Source: Felis catus
Taxonomy: Eukaryota
Direction of reading: 5' to 3'
Assembly (NCBI RefSeq): GCF_018350175.1
Contig: NC_058368.1
Span: 211,608,001 to 211,672,000 of the forward strand
Length of the DNA: 64,000 bases
In this document: piece after piece, positions 11,865 to 24,430 of the stretch
How positions within the stretch are numbered: the first letter of the stretch is position 1
Layout: the number at the start of each line of letters is the position of its first letter
Position numbers and translations under genes: made by a program
Notes under the pieces: generated by a model
Databases searched by the model: none
The model's input: the letters and a program-made list of their open reading frames with translations, nothing else
What the model was told of the DNA's origin: nothing

Positions 11865-12358
11865 TGTCTTCATGTTTTTAAACACCATTCTCTTCCCTCC
11901 TCTCCTTTAGCAGGTACAGAGTTAAGGCAGAAGGACTACATCAAGAGGATGTCCACTCACTTCTTTGTCAGGGGATCTGATGTGTACTGGGACCATCTTC
12001 AGCAGGAGTACGTAACTGGAATCAGAGGTTAAGATGCCCGTTAGGCAGAAGGAGTCGGATGGCTACATTTGCCCTTGAGAAGACCTGAGGAAGAAGTTTG
12101 ACATGGAGGAGTCTTGTTTAAGGAATCCTTTAAGGGGTTTCTGAAAGGTGTAAAAATGAAGTTTAATGGACTCACACCTGGACAAGAGTGAGAAAGGTGA
12201 ATCTCACTAACATGCTAAAAACACCTCCAAATTATGCAAATCATAATACAGACACTATACTTTGTTTGAAAGTATGTTTCTCCAAGTGTGATTTAGGGAT
12301 TCGTCCACAGGAATTATGACTCTATCTCCAGTGGGTCAGTCAGAAAGTCTGCATGTTT

Positions 12359-12557
12359 GGGGCGCTTGGGTGGCTCAGTTGGTTAAGCATCTGACTCCTG
12401 ATTTCAGCTCAGGTCATGATCTCATGGTTCATGGGATTGAGCCCCGAGTTAGGCTCTGCACTGACAGCATGGAGCCTGCTTGGGATTCTCTCTCCCCCTC
12501 TCTCTCTGCCCTCCCCCCCACTCTCTCTCTCTCAAAATAAAGAAACATTAAAAAAAG
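12359..12557 (+). mobile_element. SINEC
   Basis: Head, (CT)n and A-tail; degenerate TSD gaaagtctgcatgttt / gaaaactggatgttt. Confidence 0.93.
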
Positions 12558-12654
12558 GAAAACTGGATGTTTAAGGAACATTCCAAGTGACTCTTACATA
12601 CAATAAGCTACCAAATTATTGATTTAAAATGTTCTTTCAGTATGATGATTAAAA

Positions 12655-12884
12655 ATTTTTTTTATGTTTTTATTTTACTTTTAAGAGAGAGAGACAGACA
12701 GACAGACAGAGACAGAGTATGAGCAGGGAAGGGGCAGAGAGAGAGGGAGACATAGAATCTGAAGCAGGCTCCAGTCTCTGAGCTGTCAGCATAGAGCCTG
12801 ACACAGGGCTCAAACTCATGGATGGTGAGATCATGACCTGATCCAAAGTTGGATGCTTAACCTACTGAGTCACCCAGGCTCCCC
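12655..12884 (-). mobile_element. SINEC
   Basis: Reverse head; TSD ag(t/c)atgatgatt. Confidence 0.93.
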
Positions 12885-12904
12885 TAGCATGATGATTTTT
12901 AAAT

Positions 12905-13050
12905 TTGTGCTTTTCAAGCTTTAATGTGCATGTGAATCCCCGGTATCTCTTGAAAAGGCAGATTCTGATTCCATAGGTCGGAAGAAAGGCTTGGGATTCT
13001 GCACTTCTAGCAAATTCCCAGTGATGCTGCTGGTCCAAGGAATCACACTG
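12905..13050. mobile_element. MER5-like hAT-Charlie MITE
   Basis: 'gcagattctgattccataggtc...ttctgcacttctagcaaattcccagtgatgctgctggtcc'. Confidence 0.65.
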
Positions 13051-13899
13051 AAAAACAGAACAAACGCTTTTGGGCTAAAAAGTGAGGAGACAGATGTAAA
13101 CAGTGGGAGTGAAGGTAGGGGTACCCACTGCCATCCACAGGATGTCACTGCTCTTTCCAAAGAGGTCACTATGAGAAGACAGTGTGGCAGCAATAGAGGG
13201 AGCTTAACGATGTTCAGAGTGGGCTTCTACAGTCCAGGTGAGATAGACAGGCAGGTGCACTTATGAAGGTGTTTTTCTAATGAGTCCGGCCTTGAGGATC
13301 TCAGGTGCTGTGAAAAGAGCTCAAAGAATCTCAAAGACTGAGAAATTGAACTAAATGAACACAGATGTTTAGAGGAGCTGAACTGCCAAGGTGCAAGAAT
13401 ACACAATTTGTATTCAGGAGTTTGTTTTCTTTCAACGCTTGCTTTTTACTGTGGTGTTGCATTGTTTATAAGTGGAAGGAAGACACTGGTATATATTATG
13501 TACTAGTTTACTTTTAAAAAGTGTATTTTTAGTCCTTGCAAATTGAGTCTGAATTCCTAATTAGGCAGATGCTACCCCAGGAGCACAGACGATGCACCCC
13601 AGAAGGCACACCAGTGCATTCTCCTTTAGAAGCTGAACTTGCTACTGTACTTTTCCCTCAGAGTGGCTTGCCCTGATACCACCTTTAGAGTTAACAGAGG
13701 ACTTTTATAGCCACTTATCCCATTTTACGTCCCAATTACCAAAAAAAAAATAAATAAATAAATAAGTAAATAATTACTCTCCTATTTGCATTTTGAAAAA
13801 AACAACAAATTACAGAGAGTTTTAGGGATATGTCAAAGGGGCAGGGCCAAAATGAGAACCCAGTTTTGGGTTTTCTGAGTCCCAGCCCCATGACCTGAT

Positions 13900-16670
13900 T
13901 GCTACAATGCAATTGCTTATAGCAAACAATACAATATTTCCATGGGTTATTGGAGTCTCACCTGGACTAGAAAGGAAAAGAGAAGAGGTTCTCTGTCCCA
14001 CTAAACTGAAGCAAGAACACCACTGCCTCACAGACAACTGAAGAAGTCCTCAGGGGTTACAGAAGCCCCAGCCTGCAGAGCCCAGGAACACATTTCTGCC
14101 TTAGCAAAAGAGCTGACTGGAAATTCTGGAAAATGTTCCCCTACAAAAACACAAAAGCACTGGATAATAATACCAAGTGTTTGGTTAAAAGCACTGTTAA
14201 ACTTATAAGAAAGTAAATGAGAGTCACAGGAGGTAAGAAAAAAGTTGAAACCAGAGTGGTCAGCAAACCCTGAAGCATAGAGCTGCTTTGGGGGCATGAG
14301 TTGATCCAGAGAGTTCGGTTCTTTATGGGGGAACTAAAGTCCTGTGGGAATGAGAACTGAGTTCCTGAAAAAAGCTGGGGGTCTCAAACATCTATACTCT
14401 CAAGGAAAAAGTTGGGCTGGGAAAAGAGTTCATCCTTTGGCAAAAGAAACCCAACAAGGAAATGTGTTTGTCTCAGGCCTTGGTCAAAGGGATGAAAAAC
14501 AAAACAGCAACCAAAAGTCTTTCCTGAGAATTTATAATTCCAAGCCTAGCCTCACAGAGGTTAAGTATTTACTCTACTTATAGGGTGTGGGAATCCCCAG
14601 GTAGAAAAATTATCTTAAAAGTATTTGAAGTTCATAATACCCCAAGGCACCAGGTGTATGGAGGAATGCACCTTCAATCCAGACTCCTCAGGGCTCCTGC
14701 ATTTTAAGAGGAGCCTTATATGAACCAAAAATCAAAAAAATTAGAAACACATGAGAAATTAGGCTATCATAAATCGGGCTCAGCAGAATAAAAGAGAACA
14801 TAATTAGGCTATAACAACCCGGGGTGTAATATCATCTAATACAAGATGTGAAATAAGTACGTTTGAAGTATTTACAAAGAAACAGAGAAAATTATAGACA
14901 TAAGACATGAACAAAAGACTATCAAGAATAAATGGGAAGTTTTGCAAATAACCAAACGGAATTTCTAGAAATGTAAACTATAGAAATTGAGATTTAAAAT
15001 GCAAAGGATGTCAGCTGCAGCAATTTCTTACTTGACACATCCCCAAAGGCAAGGGAATTAAAAGCAAAAATCAACTACTGGGACCTCATGAAGATAAAAA
15101 GCTTCTGCACTGCAAAGGAAACAATCAACAAAACTAAAAGGCAACCAACGGAATGGGAAAAGATATTTGCAAATGACATATCGGACAAAGGGCTGGTATC
15201 CAAAATCTATAAAGAGCTCACCAAACTCCACACCCGAAAAACAAATAATCCAGTGAAGAAATGGGCAGAAAACATCAATAGACACTTCTCTAAAGAAGAC
15301 ATCCAGATGACCAACAGGCACATGAAAAGATGCTCAACGTCGCTCCCCATCAGGGAAATACAAATCAAAACCACACTCAGATATCACCTGATGCCAGTCA
15401 GAGTGGCCAAAATGAACAAATCAAGAGACTATAGATACTGGTGAAGATGTGGAGAAACAGGAACCCTCTTGCACTGTTGGTGGGAATGCAAATTGGTGCA
15501 GCCGCTCTGGAAAGCAGTGTGGAGGTTCCTCAGAAAATTAAAAATAGACCTACCCTATGACCCAGCAATAGCACTGCTAGGAATTCACCCAAGGGATACA
15601 GGAGTGCTGATGCATAAGGGTGCTTGTACCCCAATGTTTATAGCAGCACTTTCAACAATAGCCAAATTATGGAAGAAGCCTAAATGTCCATCAACTGATG
15701 AATGGATAAAGAAGATGTGGTTTATATATACAATGGAATACTACTTGGCAATGAGAAAGAATGAAATCTGGTCATTTATAGCAACATGGATGGAACTGGA
15801 GAGTATTCTGCTAAGTGAAATAAGTCATAAAGACAGATACCATATGTTTTCACTCTTATGTGGATCCTGAGAAACTTAACAGAAGACCATGGGGGAGGGG
15901 AAGAAAAAAAAAAGACGTTAGAGAGGGAGGAAGCCAAAACATAAGAGACTGTTAAAAACTGAGAATAAACTGAGGGTTGATGGGGGTGGGAGGGGGGGGT
16001 GGGTGATGGGTATTGAGGAGGGCACCTGTTGGGATGAGCACTGAGTGTTGTATGGAAACCAATTTGACAATAAATTTCATATTTAAAAAAAATTTAAAAA
16101 TAAAATGCAAAGCATGGATTAAATGACAGCTGAGCCACAGCTAAGGAATGAACTAACAAATTGGAAGAAAAGGCTGAAGAATCACCTTGTAGTGCTATAC
16201 AGAGAAATAAAAGTATGGAAGGTATGTAACTGAGGCTAAGAGATATGGAGAAAGATGTAGATATTAAAAATATATTTGATTAGAGTTCCAGAAGGAGATA
16301 ATAGACAGAGGGAAGTAAAGGCAATATTCAAAGCAAAACTGAAAAACATAAATTGGTGAGAGACATGATTTCTCAGATTGGAGAACATCAAATCCCAAGC
16401 AAGATAATAAAAATAAGTCCATTACTACAAACATTATAATGAGGACTTTAGAAAGCTAAAGACAGATCATAAAAAGAACTAGAGAGAAAGGAAAGAACAT
16501 AAGCCAAAAAGGAACAACAATTAGATACCAGTCTTCCCAACAGCAACAAGAGAAGCCAGAATCCAGGGGAACAATTCAAAGTGCTGAGAGAAAATAAATC
16601 ACCTTGGAATTGTATACCCTGCTAAACTGTCATCCAAGACAAGGGACAAAATAAAGGCATTTTCAATAGA
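13900..16670 (+). mobile_element. Ancient L1M 5'UTR/ORF1 fossil, interrupted by a younger L1
   Basis: A-rich degenerate ORF1-like sequence ('gaatttctagaaatgtaaac', 'gagttccagaaggagataatagac', 'aattcaaagtgctgagagaaaat...gaattgtataccctgctaaactgtcatccaag') on both sides of the young L1. Confidence 0.6.
15011..16101 (+). mobile_element. 5'-truncated carnivore/feline L1 (ORF2 C-terminus, 3'UTR, polyA)
   Basis: ORF2 peptides [28 protein letters not shown] and [15 protein letters not shown]-rich 3'UTR; AATAAA plus A-tail; TSD aaaatgcaaag(g/c)atg 14996-15010 / 16102-16116 at a TTT/AAAA site. Confidence 0.97.
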
Positions 16671-16834
16671 ATGTGGGAAGGTATCTTCATACTCTGGGAA
16701 TTCCTAAGCCTCTTCAGGGGATCTTCAGTGCCTGTCTCTATATCGAACAGATCTCGATGGTCATAAAAATTATAGAAACTGCTGCGCCTACATTTTATCA
16801 CATTGGCAGCATTTAAAAAAATTATTCAGGTGCA

Positions 16835-17044
16835 GGGTCCCTGGGTGGCTCAGTCAGTAGAGTGTCCAACTCTTGATTTCGGCTCAGGTCATGATCTCAC
16901 GGTCATGAGACTGAGCCACATGTCAGGTTCTGCACTGAGTGTGGGGCCTGCTTGGGATTCTCTCTCTTTTCTCTCTGCCCCTACCTTGCTTGCATTCTCT
17001 CTCTCTCTCAAAACTAAAATAAATAAACATTAAAAAAAAAAAAA
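16835..17044 (+). mobile_element. SINEC
   Basis: TSD tattca(g/a)gtgca flanking. Confidence 0.93.
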
Positions 17045-17167
17045 CACTATTCAAGTGCACAAGTTCCTGGAAAGGAAAACTCAGGTTAGATGACACTGTG
17101 TGCTAATCTCTAGATTCATTTTGCACCCTTGCTTTTTGGCATGTTTTTTGAGCAAAACATCAAAGTC

Positions 17168-17191
17168 ACACACACACACACACACACACAG
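17168..17191. repeat. (CA)n microsatellite
   Basis: Direct reading. Confidence 0.95.
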
Positions 17192-17320
17192 AGTGTTGGG
17201 AGGAGCTGCCAGAGGAGATTTTGTGAAGGACAGGAAGTTCAGGGCAGTTATACTTGATATTCATTGTTGATATGAACAGAGTGAGGAGTTTCAAGTTTTC
17301 TAATATGCTCTAAGAGTCCA

Positions 17321-17698
17321 TGTTCTAGGCTGAATTTTGTCTCCCCTGTGTTCATATGGTGACATCCTAACCCCTAGTTCCTCAAAATATAACTGTTTTT
17401 GGAAACAGGACTTTAAAGAGATAAGTAAGTTAGGGTGGGCCCTAACCCAACCTGAATACTGTCCGTATAGCGAGAGATGATCAAGGTGCAGAGATACACC
17501 AGGGAAATGCACGCACAGAGACACAACTGTGTGCAGAGGCAGACAGACCGTCTGCATGCTAAGGAGAGACACCTCAGCAGAAACCAATCCTGCCAGCACC
17601 TGGATCTTGGACTTCCTGCTTCCAAAACTGAGAAAAGAAATTTCTGTTAAGCCACCCCATCCACGGTATTTTGCTATGACAGCCAGGGTGAACTAAGC
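17321..17698 (+). mobile_element. MaLR solo LTR (MLT1A/B-like)
   Basis: tgttctaggctgaattttgtc... 'agggtgggccctaacccaa' ... 'ggacttcctgcttccaaaactgagaaaagaaatttctgttaagccaccc'. Confidence 0.85.
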
Positions 17699-18101
17699 CT
17701 GCTTCTCTCCCTTCAGTAAGTACCCCCTTCCCTCCGCTGGCAATACTCATCAAAAGGCTCTGTTTTTTGTCATTGAATATGAAGCTTTTGCTTTTTCTGG
17801 GTCAGAATCAACCAACTGGATAACTGATACCACGTGGTCCAAACGGACTGATGCTCTCCCTTCCGAGTCCTCCAGGATGCCCACGTGTCGCTTGGTGATG
17901 CAGCCCGTCAGTCACATTGACTGACTGACCGGAACCAAGTTCAGTCCTGGGCGGAGCACTAAAGAAGATCTCCCTGCTCTCTTCCATAGAATTCCTCCTT
18001 GTGTTCTTTTTCTAACTCAGGCCTCCCGTGGGGCAGAAGATTGATTTTCCTCAGCCGTGTCATGATCTATGCCTCCTACACCATCTATACCACAAACGTT
18101 C

Positions 18102-18299
18102 ACTTTTTCTTTTCTTTTCTTTTCTTTTCTTTTCTTTTCTTTTCTTTTCTTTTCTTTTCTTTTCTTTTCTTTTTTCTTTCCATTTTCTTTTCTTTCTTTC
18201 TTTCTCTCTTTCTTTCATTTCTTTCTCTCTTTTCTTTTTTCTTTTCTTTTCCATTTTCTTTTCTTTTCTTTCTTTCATTTCTTTCTCTTCTTTCTTTTC

Positions 18300-18336
<37 letters not shown>

Positions 18337-18340
18337 TTTT
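18102..18340. repeat. (TTTTC)n / polypyrimidine tract
   Basis: ~240 bp almost purely C/T, ending in poly-T. Confidence 0.97.
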
Positions 18341-19302
18341 GGCTCTTGGGGCTTGCAGTGATTCCTAGGAGTGAGATGAATAAGATGTTGAAAGCCCAGG
18401 CCAGACAGTTCCCCACCCCAGATATGGAAACTTCGGGAGACAAACATTTCTTACGCTGTGCACCAAAGGCACGCTGCAGTGTGTGGAGGAATGCGGAACA
18501 CTCCCACTGCAGTTAGATGTCCAAAGAGCTTTTTAGCCTTGAGAGTTATAGACAAATGTAAAGCAACTCAAAAAGTCCTAAATTCCTGAGTACTGTTTGG
18601 ATATGATTAGCCGGACTATTTTGGTCTCAATAGAGTTTTAAATGTTAAAGTTAATAACATCTCTAACAGAATATTGCAGCCTGTGTCAAATTCCAGGGTT
18701 TCCTTTTTTTTAAACAGTGGGACTTGGAGCCTGTGGTTTCTCAAGGTACCTCAGGGGGTGGGGACTCAGGAAAGGGGCCCCTCATTCTCACTTTAATTCC
18801 TGTGGATCCAATTCTACCTGGGATTAGAATCTATGGTCCTAATCCTAACCCACTACTTTTTTCTTTAACTCAAGTACTTAAAGAACAATTATAGATAGCA
18901 GTTATAAAGTTCCCACAAATATTCAACGCCCACTCCTGTGGGAAGATTATATATCCTCACTCTGGTGGACTGAGATGTGGCCATGAGCCTTGCTCCGACT
19001 AACGGAATGTGAATGGAAGCGGCCTGTGTCACTTCCAGGTGGGAACCTCAGAATCCTGTGTATGATTCACTGTATTCTCCTCCCTCACACCCCACCCCTG
19101 TTTTTGGAAATCATGGAGGTAGAGTGGAGATGGACCTCCATCAGCCTTGGGTTCTTGAGTGACTACAATGTAAAGAGCTCCTGCCAACTCACATGGGACA
19201 TGTAATAGTGGGAGATGAACTTGGTTGTTTTAAACTGTTGAGGTTTTCAGGTTTGTTAACTATAGCACAACCTGGCCTATCATTTAAAAAAATTAAAAAC
19301 AT

Positions 19303-19503
19303 TTTTTAATGTTTATTTATTTCTGAGACAGAAGGTGAGTGGGGAGGGGCAGAGAGAGAGGGAGACACAGAATCTGAAACAGGCTCCAGGCTGTGAGCTG
19401 TCAGCACAGAGCCAGACGTGGGGCTCGAACTCACAAACTACAAGATCATGACCTGAGCCGAAATCGGACGCTTAACTGACTGAGCCACCCAGGTGCCCCC
19501 CCC
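19303..19503 (-). mobile_element. SINEC
   Basis: Reverse head, (GA)n, T-tail. Confidence 0.93.
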
Positions 19504-19511
19504 AAAAAAAT

Positions 19512-19720
19512 ATTTTTTTAAGTTTATTTATTTATTTTTGAGAGAGAGGGAGACAGAGCATGCGAGGGAGGGAGGGCAAGGGAGTGAGAGAATCCCAAGC
19601 AGGCTCCATACTGTCAGCATCAGAACCTGATGAGGGGCTCAAACCCACACATCATGAGATCATGATCTGAGCAGAAATCAAGAGTCTGATGTTCAACTGA
19701 CTGAGCCACCCAAGTGCCCC
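19512..19720 (-). mobile_element. SINEC
   Basis: Reverse head, (GA)n, T-tail. Confidence 0.92.
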
Positions 19721-19959
19721 AGGCCTGTCTTGAGTAATACAATAAACAGATTGTCTTCAGGCATTGTAGAATACCTTTAAAATTTTTTAAAATTTTAAGT
19801 AAAAAACACTTTTTATTTAAAATTGTATTCTGAGATAGTGCATATTAATAAAAGGGGAGAAACATTTACTAATAACAAAGAGGCAGTACCTCCTTCATCC
19901 CCAAGAGCTCACAAATTGGGCATCTAACAGCCTCAGTTCAACTCCCCTAGGGCAAATCT

Positions 19960-20161
19960 AGGTGGGAGTCAGCAAACTTTTTGTAAAGGGCCAGATTGTA
20001 CATATTTTTACATTGTGGTGCATATGGTCTCTCTCTACTCAACTCTGTCATTGGAGCTCAAATGTGGCCTTACACAATGTGTAAACTAATGGGTGTGGCT
20101 GTGTTACACTACACTTTTATTTATTGAAACAAGCTGGCCTATAGTTTGCCCATTCCTGGTC
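19960..20161. mobile_element. MER58A-like hAT-Charlie MITE
   Basis: 'gtcagcaaactttttgtaaagggccagattgta...atgggtgtggctgtgtt...tagtttgcccattcctg'. Confidence 0.8.
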
Positions 20162-21584
20162 TGAGGCACAGAGACCAGCATGCAAGCCTTCAGATCTCCA
20201 ACCCCTGCCAATCACTTTTCCCAAGCTTTATTGGAATATAATTGACACAACACTTTGTAAGTTTAAGGGCTACAACATAGTGATTTGATGTATTTACATA
20301 TTGCAAAATGATTGTCACCAAAGCTTTAGCTAACACCTCCATCATGTCATATAATTACCATTTCTTTTTTGTGGTGAGAACATACAAGATCTACTCATAT
20401 AAACTCTCAAGTATATAATACAGTATTATTAACTATAGTCACCATGCAGTATATTAGATCTCTAGAACTTATTCTTCTTCTAACTTATACCCTTTGACCA
20501 ACCTCTCCCCATTCCCCCACCTTCCCACCCCACTGCTTCCCACCCCACTACTCTGTTTCTGTGAGTTTGGCTTTTTTAGATTCCACAGGTATGCAATTCC
20601 ATGATATTTGTCTTTCTCTGTCTGAGTCATTTGACTTAGCGTAACGGCCTTGAGATTCATCCATGTTGTGGCAAATGGCAGGATTTCCTTCTTTCTCATG
20701 GCTGAATAATATTCCACTGCATATGTATATATACCATGTCTTTATCCACTTATCTCTTGATGGACACTTAGGTTGTTTGCATGTCGTGGCTATTGTGAAT
20801 AATGGTGCAATGAACATGGGGGGTGCAGCTATATTTCCAGGATTCTGTTCTCATTTCCTTTGAACATATGCCAAGAAGTGGCATTACTTGATCATATGGT
20901 AGTTCTGTTTATAATTTTTTGAAGATCTTCAGTAAGTCTATACTGTTTTCTATGGTGGCTGTACCAATTTACAGTCCCAGCAATAGGGCACGAGGGTTTT
21001 CGTTTTCTCCACGTCTTTGCCTACGCTTGTTATCACTTGTCTTTTTGATAGTAGCCATTCTAACAGGTGTTAGGCAGTATCTCATTGTTGTTTGGACTAG
21101 CATTTCCCTGATGGTTAGTGACATTAGTGAGTACCTGTTCATACAGCTGTTGGCCACTTGTATGCCTTTTTTTTAAATCGAGGTATAATTGACATGTAAC
21201 ATTATATTAACTTTAGATGTACAACATAATGATTCACTACATGTCTATTCAGTTCCTCAGTCCATTTTTTTAAAAAAAAATCAGGTTGTTTGGGGGTTTT
21301 TTTTTTGGTGTTTAGTTGTATGAGTTCCTTATATTTTGGATATTTTCCCTCTTACAGACATGTAGTTTGCAAATATTTTCCTTCATTCAGTAGATTGTCT
21401 TTTAATTTTGTTGATTATTTGCTGTGCAGAAGCTTTTTAGTTTGATGTAGTCCCACTTGTCGATTTTTGCTTTTGACTTTTGCCTCTTCGTTTGGTGTCA
21501 TGTCCAAAAAAATTATTGCCAAGATCCACGTCAAGAGGCTTTTCCCCTTATTTTTTTTTCTAGTTCTACAGTTTTGAGTCTTAT

Positions 21585-21818
21585 ATTTATTTATGTTTTA
21601 TCTTTTTATGTTCATTTATATTTGAGAGAGAGAGAGAGAGAGAATGTGTGAGAAGTGGAGGGACAGAGAGAGAGAGGGAGACAAAAAATCGGAAGCAGGC
21701 TTCAGGTTCTGTCTGAGCTGTCAGCGCAGAGCCTGACGTGGGGCTCAAACTCACAAGCCGTGAGATCATGACCTGAACCAAAGTTGGATGCTTAACTGAC
21801 TGAGCCACCCAGGCACCC
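21585..21818 (-). mobile_element. SINEC inside L1
   Basis: TSD tgagtctta(t/c)attt 21575-21588 / 21819-21832. Confidence 0.93.
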
Positions 21819-21845
21819 TGAGTCTTACATTTTAATCTTTAATTC

Positions 21846-22087
21846 TTTTTTTAAAATTTTAATGTTTATTTATTTTTGAGAGAAAGAGTGGGGGGGTGCG
21901 TGGGGGAGAGAGAGGGAGAGAATGAGTAGAAGAGGGGCAGAGAAAGAGGGAGACATAGAGTCCAAAGCAGGCTCCAGGCTCTGAGCTGTCAGCACAGAGC
22001 CTGAAGCGGGGCTTGAACTCACAAGCTGTGAGATCGTGACCTGAGCCGAAGGTGGAAAGTTGACTGACTGAGCCACCGAGGCACCCC
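21846..22087 (-). mobile_element. SINEC inside L1
   Basis: TSD aatcttta(a/g)tt. Confidence 0.92.
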
Positions 22088-22299
22088 AATCTTTAGTTTG
22101 TTTTGAGTTAATTTTTATGAGTGGTACACAGTAAAAGTCCAGTTCCAGTCTTCTCTGTATGTGGTTACCTAGTTTTCCCTAAACTTATTTTATTGAAAAG
22201 ACTCTCCTTTCCCCAAAGCGTACTCTTGGTTCAAATACCAGCTGCCTGCATATGTCCTATCAGCCACTCCTGAGGAACTAAATCAGGTGGTCAAACATA

Positions 22300-22572
22300 T
22301 TCATTTACTCAGCTGTTCACTCACTCATTCATTCACTCAACCATGATACTCTGATAACCTGTTATGTACTAGCCAGTGTGTCAGGCGCTGGGGACAGAGT
22401 AGAAAAAAAACTGAGATCTCATCTCCCATGGGACTTAGAGGAAAGTGCAGGGTAACATACAATAGAGAAATTAACAGGGTGCCTGGGTGGTTCAGTCAGC
22501 TAAGCATCAGACTTTGGCTCAGATCATGAAATCACAGTTCATAGTTCTAGCCCCCACTTCGGGTGAGCCCCG

Positions 22573-22614
<42 letters not shown>

Positions 22615-22850
22615 TCTGCCCCTCGTGAGATTCTCATTCTCTCCCTTGCTCACTTGTGCCCCCCCAAAACAAACAAACAAACAAACAAACAAACAAACAA
22701 ACAAACCAGTAGAGAAATAAACAAGATAATTTACAATAATAGTAAGCACTGTGAATAAAACAAAACAGCGTAACATAACGGGACCAACATTAGACCCGAT
22801 GCCACAGAAGGGCTCCTTGAAGAAGAGACATTTGAGCTGAGACTTCCAGG
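22300..22850 (-). mobile_element. L2 3' end containing a SINE
   Basis: (cattc)n tail, 'gtgtcaggcgctggggacagag', 'gagacatttgagctgagac'. Confidence 0.7.
22477..22705 (+). mobile_element. Divergent SINEC with (CT)n and (AAAC)n tail
   Basis: TSD tagagaaat(t/a)aaca 22463-22476 / 22710-22723. Confidence 0.85.
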
Positions 22851-24189
22851 CCCAGCTAGATAAGCAGAACTGAGGTGATTTTAGGCTCCCCTTCTTCCTC
22901 CTAAAACCCGCTTAGTGGTATCTGAAACTCCACTTCCCCAACTGGAGGAAACAGCTTTCAAGTACAAAAGCACAGTAGAGTTCCATTTTAGTGTGAATGG
23001 GTTTTGTCTGAACCATCACTGGCCAATGCATCCATCAGTGTGAATGACTGGTGGTCATACCCTACTGTGCCTGGCCAGGCCGGGGCAACAGCAGAGTGAC
23101 AGAACCTGTATGAATGCTGGCTGGAGTAGAGCTCATTAGGGGGCTCTGCACTCAGAACCCTGCCAGGGATGCAGGGAGCCATACACAGTCCTCTGAGTGA
23201 GAGAGAAAGTGGAGAGAATTTGGGGGAGGAGATTTCTCTCCTGAGGAGAAAAAGGCCCCCAAAGTCTTGGCAAGAGAGGAACAGCCTTACAATTCTCCAT
23301 CCCTTTAATGTTTTGTTTTTTCCTGCCCTTAGGTAGCTTTGCTTTCACAGTTTACACAGAAATTTTGTTTGCTTCTTTGCTTTTACTATGTTTAGTTCCC
23401 AGGGATCTGTTTATTAAGACCTTACTGCCCTTACTTTTCTACCCCACACAGTCAGGCGCTTAGTAAATGCTCAATAAATGCATGCCACTTGATTGCTTTC
23501 CTTGGTAATTATGTTCTAGAAATAGCAGTAGTATATTACTGAGCTGCCTTATTATCTCCTTCCCTACCGTGGGCTTTTATGCCTCACAAACATTTATGGC
23601 TAACCAAAGAAAAGGAGAATCTCATGCCTTTTTTTTTGTTTGTTTTCTCTAAGTGTATTTTTAAAGTCTGTTTAAATGTACAAGAGAAAAAGAAGACATT
23701 TGATTGAAGGGTTTTGCGTGGAAGATGGGAAGAGAATCCTTTGCTCAGGGTCTCATTCACTGTCCATGGTTTTGTGACCTAAACTGTGGGAGGAAAGAGC
23801 TGCAGTTGATGCCTTAGTCAGCCGCTAAGGAGAGACCAAGATTGGGATGGAGAATTCCCGCCTCCTCTCCAAATCCTTGCTAGCTTGGGTAAGGAGGCCT
23901 CCCATGTATTTATGAGACAAAAGGCATTTTGAAAGTCTGAGCCTTTCCCGAGACGTGATGCGTCTGATGTTTTAGCCTGGCCATTCTGGGAAACACGGAC
24001 CATTTTTACGTGCCGAGGAAAATGTTCAACATATTATTCATTCTTAACTGTTGTCAGTGAAGTATCACAGAGCCTCTGTCTCTAATGAGATCCTTTCCCA
24101 ACCACCCCGCAATACATGTCATGTTATCTTTTGCTTTGGAAAAACTGTTTTTAGGACATCATAGTAAGCAGCCAGAGCCAAGCTAGCAT

Positions 24190-24430
24190 AGGTGATGACA
24201 GGATGAAGTCTGGAGCCAGGCCCCGTGGCTTTGAATCCCAGTGCTACTGCCTACTGGCTGTGGGACCCAGAGTAAGTCCATTGGCGTCCCTGAGACTCCG
24301 TTTCTCGTCTATATAATGGGGCCAAGAAGAGAGCCTGCCTCATTAGGGATTTTGTGAGGATGAAATGAGAAGATGTGAGTAGAGCGCTCGCTCCAGGATC
24401 TGACACGCAGGAAGCCGTCTGTGAACATCA
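24190..24430 (+). mobile_element. MIR
   Basis: 'tttgaatcccagtgctactgcctactggctgtgggacc...tccgtttctcgtctatataatgggg'. Confidence 0.75.

Larger units (their letters stand above)
18890..19741 (+). mobile_element. MLT1-family LTR, with two SINEs inserted near its end
   Basis: 'ggccatgagccttgctccgactaacggaatgtga...tgtgtcacttccagg', 'ggttgttttaaactgttgaggtttt...ttaactatagcacaacctggcct...taataca'. Confidence 0.7.
20225..22250 (-). mobile_element. Older L1 3' region (ORF2 end and 3'UTR) carrying nested insertions
   Basis: Minus-strand ORF2 remnants MFIAPLFTIATTCKQPKCPS and [22 protein letters not shown]; hosts two SINEs and a short L1 tail. Confidence 0.9.

Noticed and set aside
15058..15870. 118-aa and 133-aa ORFs as host genes
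   Set aside because: L1 ORF2 C-terminal fragments of a truncated insertion.
17999..18516. K/R/E-rich and F/L/S-rich ORFs
   Set aside because: Translations of the (TTTTC)n tract.
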